DNA of 64,000 bases from the human T2T-CHM13v2.0 reference genome, Homo sapiens. The first letter of the stretch is position 1. The number at the start of each line of letters is the position of its first letter. Location of the stretch: NCBI RefSeq assembly GCF_009914755.1, contig NC_060925.1; one strand, 5' to 3'. Made by a program: the position numbers and the translations under genes. Under the pieces are notes generated by a model. It was not told the origin of the DNA. It did not search any database and was given only the letters and a program-made list of their open reading frames with translations. Positions 40,016 through 56,177 of this stretch are shown piece by piece.

Positions 40016-43000
40016 AGGAGAGGTGGAGTAAGATGGTAGAATACAAAGCTCCACTGATTGCTTTCCCTCCCCACATCCCCACCAAAGACACCAAGTTAAC
40101 AACTATCTACACAGAAAAAAACACCTTCATACAAACCAAAAATCAGGTGAACACTCACAGTACCTGGTTATGACTTCGTATCACTGAAAGAGGTGCTGAA
40201 TAAATAGAAAATACACTCCTGAATGGCTGATGCCACCCCTACCCCACCCTGGCAGCAGAGGTGTGATGCAGAGAGCTTCTCTAGGTGCTGGGAGAGGGAG
40301 AACACAGCAGTTGTGAGGCACTAAACTCATACTGTCCTGTTAGAGGAGAAAGAAAAACAGCTGATCAAATTCACCAAACTCAGCGGATGCCCACCCACGA
40401 AGGGAGCATTTAAAGGAGCCCTAGGATGAAGGGAATCACTGATCCCAGCAGTTCAAACTTGAGTACCTTCAAACCTCACCATCAAGGGCTACAGCACTCT
40501 GTGTCTTCAAGTAAACTTGAAAGGCAGTCTAGGCCACAAGGGCCACCAATCTTAGATGACTCATAGTGCTGAACCAGGCCTACAGACAGTGGACTGGAGT
40601 GGGGGCACACAACATACTGAGAGGCCAGCTGGGGCAGCCAAGGGAGTGCTGGTATCATCCATCCCATAACCCCAGGTGGCACAGCTGGAGGCTCCAAAAA
40701 AGACCCACTCCTTCTGCTTGAGGAGAGGAGAGGGAAGAGTGGGGAGGACTTTGTTTTGCATCTAGAATACCAATTCAGCCACAGTAGCATAGAGCACTGG
40801 TCAGAGTTGTGAGGCTTCTTTTCCAGGCCCTAGATCCCAGGTGACATTTCTAGAGACACCCTGGGCCAGAAGGAAACCCGCTGCCTTGAAGGAAAAGACC
40901 CAGTCCTGGCAGCATTTATCATCTGCTGACTGAAGAGCCCTTGGGCCCTGAATAAGAAGAAGTGATACTCAGGTACTACGTCGAGAGCCTTGAGTGAGCC
41001 TCTGAGACTTGCTGGCTTTAGGTGAGACTCAGCACATTCCAAGCTGTGGTGGCTATGGGGAAAAATTCCTTTGGCTTGAGAAAAGCAGGCGGGAAAGTAA
41101 AGGGGACTTTGTCTTGCACCTTAGGTACCAGCATAGCCACAGAGCAGTAGAGCACCAAATGGGCTCTTGGAGTCCCTGATTCCAGGACTTAACTCTTAGA
41201 TGGCATTTCTGGTCCTGCCCTGGGCCAGAGGGAAGTCCACTGACCTGAAGGGTGAGTCACAGGCCAGGTAGCATTCATGACAAGCTGATTTAAGAAACCT
41301 TGGGTCTTAAGGGAACATCAACAGTAGTCTGGCAGAACTCCTCGTGGCCTGGGCTGGCAGTGGCTGTGGGGTGAGGCTCTTCTGCCTTTGAAGGGAAGGG
41401 AAGAGTGGGAAGGACTGTGTCTTGTGGTTTGGTGCCAGCTCAGTTGCAATAAAATAAAACACCAGGTAAACTTCTAAGGTTTTTGACTCTAGTTTCTGAC
41501 GCCCAGACAGTATTTCTGGACCCACTCGGAGGCGAGTGGGGGGACCTTGCTGCCCTGAAGGGAAGGACACAGGCCTGGCTGACTTTGACACCTGCCAATT
41601 GTAGAGCCCCAGGGCCTTGAGTGAATTGTAGAGCCCCAGGGCCTTGAGTGAACAGCAGGCAGGAAGTGGTTACAGCAGACCTTGGCTGAGACCTAATGCT
41701 GTGCTGGCTTCAGGTCTGACCTGGTGCAGTCATAGTGGTGGGGGCCACAGGGATGCTTGTGTTATTCTACTTGCAGCTTTAGGTGGCTCAGAACAGAGAC
41801 AGATAGATTCTGTATGTTTGAGAGAAAGTAAGGGAAGAGGAATCTGCCTGGCAATCCAGAGAATTCTTCCAGATCCGGTCCAAGACCATCAAGACAGTAC
41901 GTCTATGAGTCTGTGAGAACCATAGTGTTACTAAGTTTGGGGTGCCTCCTAAAGCAGATACAGCTTAGATCACAATATTCAAGCCCTTTCAAATATCTGG
42001 AAAGCCTTCCCAAGAAGGATGACTACAAATAAACCCAGACAGTGAAGACTATAATAAATACCTAATTCCTCAATGCCCAGACACTGACAAACTTCCACAA
42101 GCATCAACATCATCCAACTGAAAACATGATCTCACCAAATGAACTAAATAAGGCACCAGGGACCAATCCTGGAGACACAGAGATACATGACCTTTCAGAC
42201 AGAGAATTCAAAATAGCTACTTCGAGGAAACTCAAAGTAATTCAAGATAACACAGAGAAGGAGTTCAGAATTATATCAGGTAAATTTAACAAGGAGATTG
42301 AAATAATTAAGAACCAAGCAGAAATTTTGGAACTGAAAAATGCAGTTGGCATACTGAAGGATGAATCACAGTCCTTTAGCAGAATCAATCAAGTAGAAGG
42401 AAGAATTAGTGAGGTTGAAGACAGGCTGTTTGAAAATACACAATCAGAAAAGACAAAAGAAAAAAAAGAGAAACAATAAAACATGCCTACAGGATCTAGA
42501 ATATAGCCTCAAAAGAGGAAATCTAAGAGTTATTGGTCTCAAAGAGAAGGTAGAGAAAGAGATAGGGTAGAAAGTGTATTCAAAGGGATAATAACAGAGA
42601 ACTTCACAAACCTAGAGAAAGATATCAATATCCAAGTAGGTTATAACCAAGAAGGTTATAGAACACCAAGCAGATTTAATTCAAAGAAGCCTATCTCAAA
42701 GCATTTAATAATCAAACTCCCAAAGGTCAAAGATAAAGAAAGGATCCTAAAAGCAGCAAGAGAAGAGAAACAAATAACATATGATGGAACTCCAATACAT
42801 TTGGCAGCAGATTTTCAGTGGAAACCTTACAGGCAAGGGGAGAGTCACACGCCATATTTAAAATGCTGAAGGAAAATAACTCTTACTGTAGAATAGTATG
42901 TCTGGTGAAAATGTCCTTCAAACATGAAGGAGAAATAAAGGCTTTCCCAGATAAATAAAATATGAGAGATTTTGTCAACACCAGGCCTATCCTATAAGAA

Positions 43001-46000
43001 ATGCCAACTTGAATACTTCAATCAGAAAGAAAAAAATATAAGCAATAGATAATCAACAGAAGGTATAAAACTCACTGCTAATATTAAGTACACAGAGAAA
43101 CACAGAATATTATAACCCTGTACCTGTGGTGTGGAAACTACTCTTATCCTAAGTAGAAAGACTAAACAATAAACCAATCAAAAATAAGAACTACAACAAC
43201 TATTTCAGACATAGTTGGTACAAAAATATATAAATAGAAACAAGAAAAAGTTATGAAGGGGGGAGACAAAGTTAAGGCATAGGGTTTTTATTAGTTTTCT
43301 TTTTGCTTGTTCCTGCAAATAGTGTGAAGTTGTTATCAGGTTGAAATAATGGGTTATAAGATAGTATTTGCAAGCCTCATGGTAACCTCAAAAAAAAAAA
43401 CATACAATGGATACACAAAAAATTGAAAGCAAGAGACTAAATCCTATCAGCAGAGAAAATCACCTTCACTAGAAGAAGACAGGAAGGAAAGAAAGAAGGA
43501 AGAAAAGACCATAAAGCAGCCAGAAAACAAATAACAAAATGGCAGGAGTGAGTCCTTATTTGTCAATAATAACATTGAATGTAAATAGACTAAACCCTCC
43601 AATCAAAAGGCATAGGCTGGCTAAATGGATAAATAAAAAAACAAGACCCATTGATCTGTTGCCTGCAAGAAACACACTTCACCTATAAAGACACATAGGC
43701 TGAAAATAAAGCAATAGAAAAGATATTCTATGCCAATGGAAACCCCCAAAAAAATATCAGGGGTTGGTATAATTCTATTGGATAAAATATATTTCAAGAC
43801 AAAACCATTGAGAAGAGACAAAGAAGGTCACTATATAATGATAAAGGGGTCAATTCAGCCAGAGGAAATAACACTTGTAAATAAATATGCACACAACACT
43901 GGAACACCCAGATATATAAAGGAAATATTATTAGAGCTAAAGAGAGAGATAGGCCCCAATACAATAATAGCTGGAGACTTCAACACCCTTCTTTCAGCAT
44001 TGGACAGATCTTCTAGACAGAAAATCGCAAAGAAACATCAAACTTAATCTGCACTTCAGACCAAATGCATTTAATAGATATTTACAGAATATTTCATACA
44101 AGAGCTGCACAATACACATTATTTTCCTCATCACATGGATCATTCTCAAAGATAAACCATATGTTAGATTACAAAACAAGTCTTAAAACTCAAAAAACTT
44201 GAAATAATATCAAGTATCTTCTCTGACTACAGTGGAATAAAACTAGAAATTTATAGGAGGGATTTTGGAAATGATACAAATACATGAAAATTAAGCAACA
44301 TGCTAGTGAATGACTAGTGGGTCAATGAATAAATGAAGAAAAAAGCTGAAAAATTTCTTGAAACAAATGATAATAGAATCACACCATACCAACATCTATG
44401 TAATACAAAAAAGCAGTAAGAGGGAAGTTTATAGCTATGCATGCCTATGTCAAAGAAGATGAAAAACTTTAAATGAACAATTTAAAAATGCATCTTAAAG
44501 AACTAGAAAAGCAAGAGCAAACCAAACCCCAAATTAGCAGAAGAAAAAAATAATAAGAATGAGAGCAGAAAAAGATATAATTGAAATTTAAAAAAATACA
44601 AAATATCAATGAGACAAGACATTGGTTTTTTGAAAAGTTAAACAAAATTGTCAAGCCTTTAGCAAGACTACTAAAGAAAAAGAGAGAAGATCCAAATAAA
44701 TAAAATCAGACATAAAAAAGGAAACATTAAAACTGATACTGCACAAATTCAAAAGATTATTAGTGGTTACTATGAGCAGCTATACGCCAATAAATTGGAA
44801 AAGCTAGAATAAATGGGCAAATTCCTAGATACATACAACCCACCAATATTGAACTGGGAAGAAATCCAAAACCTAAACAGACCAATAACAAGTGACAAGA
44901 TGAAAGCTGTCACAAAAATTCTCCCACTAAAGAAAAGCCTGGGACCTGATGTCTTTACTCCTGAATTCTACCAAACATTTAAAGAAGAATTAATATCAAT
45001 TCTACTCAAACAATTCTGAAAAATAGAGGAGGAAGGAATACTTCCAAACTAATTCTACAAGGCTCTTATTATCCTGATACCAAAGGCAGATAAAGACACA
45101 TGAAAGAAAAAAAGAAAGAAGAAGAAGAAAAAGAAAGAAAGAGAAAGAAAGAAAGAAAAAGAAAGAAAAAACTACAGGCCAGTATCCCTGATAAACACTA
45201 ATGCAAGAATTCTCAAAAAAATACTGGCAAACCAAATTCAACAATACATTAGAAAGATCATTCATCATAAACAAGTGCAGTTTATCCCTGGGATGCAAGG
45301 ATGGTTCAACATACACAAATCAGTCAATGTGATACAGCATATCAACATAATGAAAGATAAACACCATATGACCATCTCAATTGATGCTGAAAAAGCATTT
45401 GATAAAATTCAGTATCCTTCATGATAAAAACCATAAAAAATGGGGATAGAAGTGTACCTCAGCATAATAAAGGCCATATATGTTAGACCCACAGCTGGTA
45501 TCATATTGAATGGGGAAAACCCAAAAGCCTTTCCTCTAAGATCTGGAACATGACAAGGATGCCCACTGTCACCACTGTTATTCAACCTAGTAATGGAAGT
45601 CCTAACTAGAGCAGACTAGAGAGAGATATAAAGGGCATCCAAATTGGAAAGGAAAAAGTCAAATTATCCTTATTTACAGGTAATATGATTTTACGTTTGG
45701 AAAAACCCAATGACTCCACAGGAAAACTATAGAACTGATAAAATATTCAGTATAGTTTAGTGATAAAAAATTCAGGATACAAAATCAACATACAAAAATC
45801 AGTAGCATTTCTATATGCCAATAGTGAATAATGTGAAAAAGAAATTAAAAAGTAATCCCATTTACAATAGGCACACATAAAATTAAATACCTAGGAATGA
45901 ACGTAACGAAAGTAATGAAAACTGTAAAACACTGATGAAAAAAATTGAAGAGGACACCAAAAATAAAAAAAAATTGCATGTTCATGGATTGAAAGAATCA

Positions 46001-47730
46001 ATATTGCTAAAATGCCCATACTACCCAAAGCAATCTGCAGATTCAATGCAATCTCTATCAAAATACCAATGACATTCTACACAGAAATAGAAAAAGCAAT
46101 CCTAAAATATATATGGAACCACTAAGCAAAATGAACAAAAGTGGAGGAATCACATTACCTGACTTCAAATTATACTACAGACCTATAGTAACCAAAGCAA
46201 CATGGTACTGGCATAGAAACAGACACATAGATCAGTGGAACAGAATAGAGAACCCAGAAACAAATCCACACACCTACAGTGAACTCATTTTCAACAATGG
46301 TGCCAAGAACATACCCTGGAGAAAAGACAGTCTTTTCAATAAATAGTAATGGAAAAACTGGATATCCATATGCAAAAGAATGAAACTAGACCTCTATCTC
46401 TCACCATATAAAAAATCACACCAAAATGAATTAAAGACAAATCTAAGACATCAAATCATAAAACTACTACAAGAAACAGTCAGAGGAAAATCTCTAGGAC
46501 ATTGGCCTGGGCAAAGATTTCTTCACCAATACCCCACAAGCACAAGCAACCAAAGCAAAAATGGACAAATAAGATGACATTAAGTTTAAAAAGCTTCTGC
46601 ACAGCAAATAATATGATCAAGAAAGTGAAGAGACAACCCATAGAATGGGAGAAAATATTTGCAAACTACCCATCTGACAAGAGATTAATAATCAGACTAT
46701 ATAAGGAGCTCAAATAACTCCACAAGAAAAAGTATAATAAGCCGATCAAAAAATAAACAGATGATTTGAATAGAGATTTCTCAAAAGAAGACACACAAGT
46801 GGCAAACAGACATACGAAAATGTGCTCAATGTCATTGATCATCAGAGAAATGCAAACAAAACCTACAATGAGATATCATCTCACCCCAGTTAAAATGGCT
46901 TATATCCAAAAGACAGGCAATAACAAATGCTGGTGAGAATGTTCAGAAAGGGAATCCTTGTATGCTGGTGGTGGAAATGTAAATTAGTACAACCAGCATG
47001 GAGAATAGTTTGGGGGTTCCTTAAAAAACTACAACTTGAGCTACCATATTCAGAAATCCCACTGCTGGCTATATACCCTAAAGAAAGGAAATCAGTAAAT
47101 CAAAAAGATACCTGCCCTCCTATGTTTGTTGCAGCACTGTTTACAATAGCTAAGATTTGGAAGCAACCTCAGTGTCCTTCAACAAATAAATGAATAAAGA
47201 AAATGTGATGCATATCCTCAAGGGAGTACTATTCAGCCACAAAAAAGAATAAGATCCAGAAATTTGCAACAACATGGATGGAACTGGAGATCATTATGTT
47301 AGGTGAAATAAGCCAGGCACAGAAAGACAAACGTCACATGTTCCTCACTTATTTGTGGGATCTAAAAATTAAAACAATTGAACACATGGACATAAAGAGT
47401 AGAAAGATGGTTACCAGAAACTTGGAAGGGTAGTGGGGGGCAGAAGGGAAAGTGAGGATGATTAACGGGTAGAAAAAAATAGTTAAAAAGCATGAATAAA
47501 ACCTACTATTTGATAGCACAATAGCCAATAATAACTTCATTGTACATTTTTAAATAAAGAGTATAATTGGATTGTTTGTAACTCAAAGGATAAGTGCTTG
47601 AGGGGATGGATATGGATACCCCATTCTCCATGATGTGCTTATTTCACATTGCATACCTATATCAAAACATCTCACGTACCCCATAAATATATACAACTAC
47701 TATGTACCTGCAAAAAAATTTTAAAATTAA
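40016..47730 (+). mobile_element. Full-length (~7.7 kb) L1MA2-like element, decayed
   Basis: 5' GGAGTAAGATGG; ~2.1-kb 5'UTR; ORF1 remnant 42126-42479; ORF2 remnants; L1MA-type 3' end (ctcaaaggataagtgcttgaggggatgga...catctcacgtaccccataaatatataca); inserted into an older L1 with a degenerate TSD. Confidence 0.9.
45103..45170. repeat. (GAAA)n/(GAA)n expansion within L1 ORF2
   Basis: Pure purine tract replacing the short A-run before aactacaggcc. Confidence 0.9.
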
Positions 47731-48240
47731 AAAAAGTAGATACATTGGACTTGATTAAAATAAAAAACCTTTGTGCATCAAAGGATACTATCAATACAGT
47801 AAAAAGACAACCCACAGAATGAGAGGGAATACTTTCAAATTATATATCTGATAAGGGATTAATATTCAGAATATATGAAGAACTTCTACAACTCAACAAT
47901 AAAAACCCAATTAAAAATGGGCAAAGGACTTGAGTCTACATTTCTCCCAAGAAAATATATAAATAGCCAATAAGCACATGAAACGATGCTCAACATTACT
48001 GATCAACAGGGAGATGCAAATCCAAATGACAATGTGATACTATTTCACACCACATAGGATGGCTATTACGAAAAATTAAACCAAACCAACCCAAACAGAG
48101 GAAAACAAAGGCAGAAAATAACAAGTGTTGCCAAGGATAAGGAGAAATTGGAACCCTTGTGCATTTCTAGTGGGAATGTAAACTGGTGTAGCCACTTTGC
48201 AAAATGATATGGCAGTTCCTCTAAAATTCAAACGTACATT
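47731..48240 (+). mobile_element. Older L1 (L1MB-like) ORF2 3' fragment; left part at ~39980-40015
   Basis: ccaaaagcatgggcaacaaaagaaaa (left) continues as agatacattggacttgattaaaataaaaaacctttgtgcatcaaagg. Confidence 0.8.
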
Positions 48241-48374
48241 TTTATAAAACATTTAATGAAAAATGGGACATTGCCAATTACAATAAACATCTGTTGAATA
48301 AGCGATTGGATAAACAAAAGAAAGAATTAATGAAAAAATGAGTTTTAGGATAAAGCATAACTCATTTAAAACCT

Positions 48375-48545
48375 GTGTAGGGTGGCAGAACAGCATGAAA
48401 TCTGGCCAGATAACCTGTGTTTGAGTTCCTCTTATTTTATGTGCCATTGGTCAAGTTGCTTTTCTAAGACTCAGTCCTCTTATTGGTAAAGTGAGATTAA
48501 TACTAATGCCTCTCTCACAGGGTTTTAGCTAAGACCAAATTAAAG
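48375..48545 (+). mobile_element. MIR
   Basis: cctgtgtttgagttcct...ctcagtcctctattggtaaagtgagattaatact. Confidence 0.6.
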
Positions 48546-49289
48546 CCACTTCTTTTTCCCCATTGCCCAAGACAGAAACATCTTGGTGTACAGGACATGA
48601 GGGAGTTTGCTCAGAGCCCTAGGTAGGGAAGGGAAGGGAAGGGGACTACCACTGCAGGGGCAGGACATATGCTAGAACACAGGGTTGCTTTCCATTTATT
48701 ACCAAACATGTGTTTGGTAACTTTATGCAAATAATTTCCTTTTATAAGTTATCCTTTTACCATTTTTCATCTGAGGTTCTAAATCTGGAAGTGGAGGTAT
48801 ATGGGAAGAAGAAAGGATGGTTGATTTTGATAAGTCATCTAAAAGATGAAGAGTAAAGAGAATTAACATTAGCCATATAGGATTACTAAAAATAAGCGCT
48901 GTGTCCATGGTTCTCATTTTATCATTGCAATGGGACCAAGAAAAGTAAAAGAACTGGAAAGGATTTTAGCTGTTGGGTTACATAAATTTTGACCCTCAAA
49001 TAACAGTTCCAGAGAATACATTCTCTTCCCAAACTGAACTTCTCCCTTGACCATCTCCTATCAAAGAAGAAGAAGAATGTCTCTGTTGGGGTGGATAACC
49101 AGCAAGTATGCTTGGTTCCCTCTTCTCTGCTCTTTGTACTTTCCCCTCCTTAGGCAAGTGGCCTGTATTTCCTTTTTAATCCTCCTTGTTAAATGCTGGT
49201 GAGAATCATTTTACACATGGCCGAATTTCCAAGCAACATCCCCACAGGACTGAGCTGCTTTTAATGTCTGATCTTTTGTGACATGGAAA

Positions 49290-50690
<1,401 letters not shown>

Positions 50691-52401
50691 TCCACTGAAA
50701 AATGCATTTGAATAACCATTGGTAGATGTTGCTCACCCAGGATACAGATTCAAGTTGAACATGCCTTAAAACATATGATTTGTTTTGTTTTCTTCTCTTA
50801 TCCTTTCAGTTTCACAGTCTGGTTTACTCAGTGCCTTCCTCTGGCTTGTCCCAGAAATCCTGTAACATCAATCTTGATTCTTTGAGCTGGGAAAAGATGT
50901 CTTTGGTCCATCCAAACTCTCCATAGTCTGAAGAATTGGTAGTGCTCATCAGAGTTTATCAATTTGATGAATTAAACTAATGATACATAGTTATACAAAT
51001 TTTATATATGTATATACATGCATATTACATACATATCCACAAATATTTTACGTTCTCTATACTATAATGACTAGTAGGCTGATAGGCTGATCGGCAGAGA
51101 TATCTAAAAGCCTAAAAGCTAAAATGATCCAGCCTTAATAGGAACAGGGTCCAGTCTTCTTTTAAAAATTTTTGGTATGGTGTAGAATTTCTTGTTCAAT
51201 AGAGTTGTGTCCTGCTGGGTGGCTGGATTAAAGAAAGGAATTTATAAGACTGTTGTAAAGGTACTGGGTGAAAGAGATGCTACAATTTCACAGCATCCCT
51301 CTGTGGAGCACATTTGCAAAAGTCATTATGATGCCTGTCATATGCTTGAGGGAACAAGCAGTGTCATAGAGTTGATGAAGATGCTGTCTGGAGTGAGGGC
51401 TCTCCAATAAGCAAAGAACATCTGTCACCAATATTTCTACTTCTCATGGTATCTGCAGCTCTGCTGCTCTTTGTGTATACTTCCTGCAGACTTCATTTCA
51501 CTTTTTTCCTCACCTTAAAAATATAGTCATTCTGCAATAGGATTAGGGCATGTCTAAGTGTGCTGCTGTATGATTTAAATCCCTGGCCTTACTATCTGAG
51601 TCCATAATCAAGCCATATAGCCTCTCATATCTCTTCCAAGCCCCACACTCATCTCTTCCTTCCCTAAAACTCTCTTCCCTCACTGCTTCAACATTATCAC
51701 TCAAACTCCTGGACTACTCCTTCCCAAATTCTGTATTTGGAGATTTGAAGTGTTTGAAATCAATAGAAAACTAACAGATATGGGATAATATTATAACTGA
51801 TTTTTAGTAGCCAAAGAAAACCTTTTAATGGGATAATCTGCCTCATTCAAGGAACTCTGGATCAATAGTCATCTTACACTTCAAGATAGAAAGAGTCACA
51901 GGATAGAGAAGGAGAAAAAGCAATTAAAAAGCCCAGAGACTTTTCTTCTTTGAAAGCACAGTATGTTTCATTCGGATGCAGTCATTTTTAAAAATTAAGG
52001 TAGACTTAAATTTCAATAAACCTACTTTGCACTTCCAAGATTTGAGTTACTTAAAAACTGTCGTGAAGTGGATTTCCTTAGGGTAGCATGCTGAAGACAG
52101 GGCATAGATCAGAATCTTTGGCCTTAATCCTTTTACTTCACACCTGAGGCTTGCACCTCTGTGGTATTTGCATCTAAATACCTGGATAGTGATAGGAGAT
52201 TAAGAGAGGGAATCCCCTCTGAGGCCAGAACAGGAACTCTAGGATATGCTGGTGCTGCAGTCACCCATATCATTCCTGTGTTTATAATCCATGAGCCCTG
52301 CAATGTCCAGGACGATGGAGCAGCTACATGCCAGCCTCTATTTGCTCCTAGACTTAAATTGCTGGCTGAGTCCATGCTGGTGAATAGAGTCCATTTCTCC
52401 T

Positions 52402-52760
52402 GCAAAGAACTTAGGAGTCAGTCGATCAGAAAGAATAGGGGGTGGAGCAGGTTATTAAGAACAGGCTCTAGAATTAGATTAAATCTTGTCCTCACCGCTT
52501 TGTAACTGTGTGACAGAGGATGCCAGTAGGGGATACTTCTTCCCCCTCCTGTTGTTTCCTTCTATGTGATGGGAATTTGTGCAAAAACGTAGGAGTCAGT
52601 CAAACAGAAAGTATAGCGGGTGGAGCAGGTTATTAAGAGCAGGCTCTAGAATCAGATTAAATCCTATCTTCATTGCTTTGTAGCTGTATGACAGTGGATG
52701 CCAACAGGGAACACTTTTCTCCCCCTCCTGATGTTTCCTTCTTTGTGACAGGAATTTGTG
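52402..52760. repeat. Diverged tandem duplication, two copies of ~179 bp
   Basis: Copies start at 52402 and 52581 and share taggagtcagtc, gggtggagcaggttattaaga, caggctctagaat and ggaatttgtg. Confidence 0.95.
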
Positions 52761-53276
52761 ATAAGTTATAAAAATGGACACAGATTCTTCCCCTCCCTGT
52801 AGTTACACCCCTCATAAGTACCATCAATTGTTCTTCCACTCTGCCTTGGTCTTTTTCTTTGGACGATGAGATGTAACTAAATATAACTCCAACAAAGCCT
52901 TAGAAATGCTTTCACATTGGGCCAGTTCTCTCTTGCACCTCTTGGGAGCCACTTACCTGCCATGGGAAGGAAAGGTATTTCAAATAAGACCTGGTGACTG
53001 GGTCTGCTATCATTACAAATACCTCAAGTTCTCAAGGGGACAATAATGTCTTAAATGACATTTGGAGAGAAAGGAAAAAAATGGATGTTAAGATCTCCTC
53101 CCCAGATTTGATACATTCATTGTGCCAAAATTAATCTTTACTAGGTAATTTCTTCTCATTGGCTTTGAGCTCCCCAATTATGAATTCTGACAGACTGCAT
53201 TACACCTTGCTGTAGCAGAAGAAAATTAAATCTCCATCTATCTTAACTCTATCAGCTTTGTAGTGCTCTTTGGCAA

Positions 53277-53877
<601 letters not shown>

Positions 53878-54565
53878 CTAGGAATAAAAGTTTTCCTTTC
53901 CTAGAATATTGCTCTGGAGCTGAAAACAGTTTGTTTTCTACATTTGCAAAGTATGGGGCCAGTGCTACATAATGTTGCGTGTTCTAGTCACTCTTAAGAC
54001 TTAAAAATGTAAGGAAGATCAGAGATTCAGACTTGAGTTAATGTATAGTCTTAATCCTGGCTGAGCTGCAGTCCCTCCTGTGAGATACAACCCAGGCTAT
54101 GTTGGCCATAGGAACTTTATTCTGGGAAGGCAGTAATAACCCTTCTAACTGAGACTAAAAAGGGGAAGAAGTGGGAAAATTGAACTTCTTTTGATTTTTT
54201 TATTCATATTTGAGTCACTTGGATTCAATGATAGTTTAAGGAAAAGAGAAGAAAGGAGTGAGGGCGAGAAGGAAGGAAAGAAGGAAAGATCTAGCTGACT
54301 GGCCTGGATAGAGGGGACTGAGCTATGGACAAAGAAAAAGGCCAAATAGTGAGGCAAAATGGGCATACATGGTGGAAAGAAGACGGGCTTGGGGGGCTGT
54401 GGCTTAATGCTCATAAAGAATCAAGGCCTCTATTACCCCTAGCACAATAGATTTGGGGCTTAGGACAGCAGATCAATCTTCATTTCTCACTCTCTAGCGA
54501 CAAGGAATTTCTCAATATATCAAAAGCCCTGGTTTTCAGAAGCTCAAGGCTTGGGTGGGTCCAGG

Positions 54566-54648
54566 CCTCCTCATGGGGGGATGTTAGTATTTACATCCTC
54601 CTCAGGGAGGATCCCCCTCATGGGAGGATCCCCCTCATGGGAGGATCC
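54566..54648. repeat. 17-bp self-complementary minisatellite with an adjacent inverted repeat
   Basis: GGGAGGATCCCCCTCAT x2.6 at 54605-54648. Confidence 0.9.
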
Positions 54649-56177
54649 AGCGCACACTAGGATAGAGAGTTACATGACAGCTATCGGTCTTACAAAATGT
54701 TTATTTGGGTCATAGGAGGAATGAATAAATAAATCATTGTTAACTTCTCCAGAGAAAACCATTACGTAACTCTAAGTATCCATTTTTAAATAGAAGTTGA
54801 GACTTCACCGTATATTGTCAGTTACTATCTAGTAGAATTTTATCCTTGGCACACGGACAATGCACATATTTTCTTTAAAAGCACTGTAACTAGAGGTCCC
54901 ATATACCTCCTAGAATATACATGATGTGACTTCCTTTGAAAGGTGACCTGCTATTTTGACTAACGACCTTGCTAATATAAATATCATGGAGAGATTACTA
55001 AGCTTTTTTTTTTTTTTCGTTTCTTACAAGAAAAGAGATTTCTCTCTCTCTTCAGTTTAATGTGTTACCTGAAGTCACAGGGTATCTTGATGGAGCAGCC
55101 AACACCAGAACCTATATAATTGTACCTATGGGTGACTCTGCCTGACCTTCCCATCTCCATGGGCAGTTACATAGTCCTGGCATGCATCCAAAAATGGCAT
55201 GGCAACAATCACCTTTGTTTTATTTTACTTTGTCATCAATGGTTAATATTTCCTGGCACATCAGAAAAGGATTACATCTGGATGCACAGGCTTCCTTCTC
55301 CTATTGATAGCCTTTGTGATTTGTCATAAGCTGTTGATCATTAAATAAGCATGTCTTTTAATCATGACCGGTCTGGGAACAGCTTAGACTAACAATCCTA
55401 AGAAAAATCCGCCACTCTTTCCTAAGTCAGGTTCCTTTCAATAGAACCATATTATGTTGGGCTTTGTTGTATTTCCTGCTTTGGCCCAATAACGGGGCTT
55501 TAGTGACCCTTGCTTGTTTTGAAGAAAGATGACAGATTTCCTGCAGCTCTTTCTACAAGCAGGCAGCTGCAGAAACATCACAGTAATAAACCAAACATAT
55601 TCTGGGCACCCAGGAAAGCTCCTAAACACTCACTATCCTTTTATTCCTTGCTCTGGGGACTTTCTTCTGATATGATACGGGAGACATTTTCCACCCAAAG
55701 TTCTTGACCTTGCCATCAACCATGGTCATTCTCCTTTCTCAACCCTGTAGTTACGTAACTGTTGGGTTTTGTTCATTCAGATGTTGATTATTTGTCCCAG
55801 CCAGCCATTCAGAATGTACAGATTTGATCACAATTAGAGGTAACCTTGAAGATACAGACTGTACATTGATTACATAAATTTTAGACATGGTACTATGTCA
55901 CTTAACTCAGGTAGAGATGAGATAAAACTATAGATCACATTTGTAAATTCATTTCCTATATTAATTATCAGTTGAAACAATTCTTATGGATATTTAGGAA
56001 ATATGAAGCAAACTTTGAATATTTCACTTTTGCAAGAAGGACAGCCTCTCTCTCTAGCTACCTATTTTATTTTTTAGAATAAACTGGGGCCTGTCCAAGT
56101 AAATTACATTGCTTTTTTTCTGTTTTTGCATTGTAAATTAAAATATGTACAGAAAGACACAAAGCAAGCTGAAAGGC

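Noticed and set aside
52402-52760. Repeats as a CRISPR-like array (also 54605-54648)
   Set aside because: Eukaryotic context, no unique spacers, no cas genes; these are simple tandem duplications.
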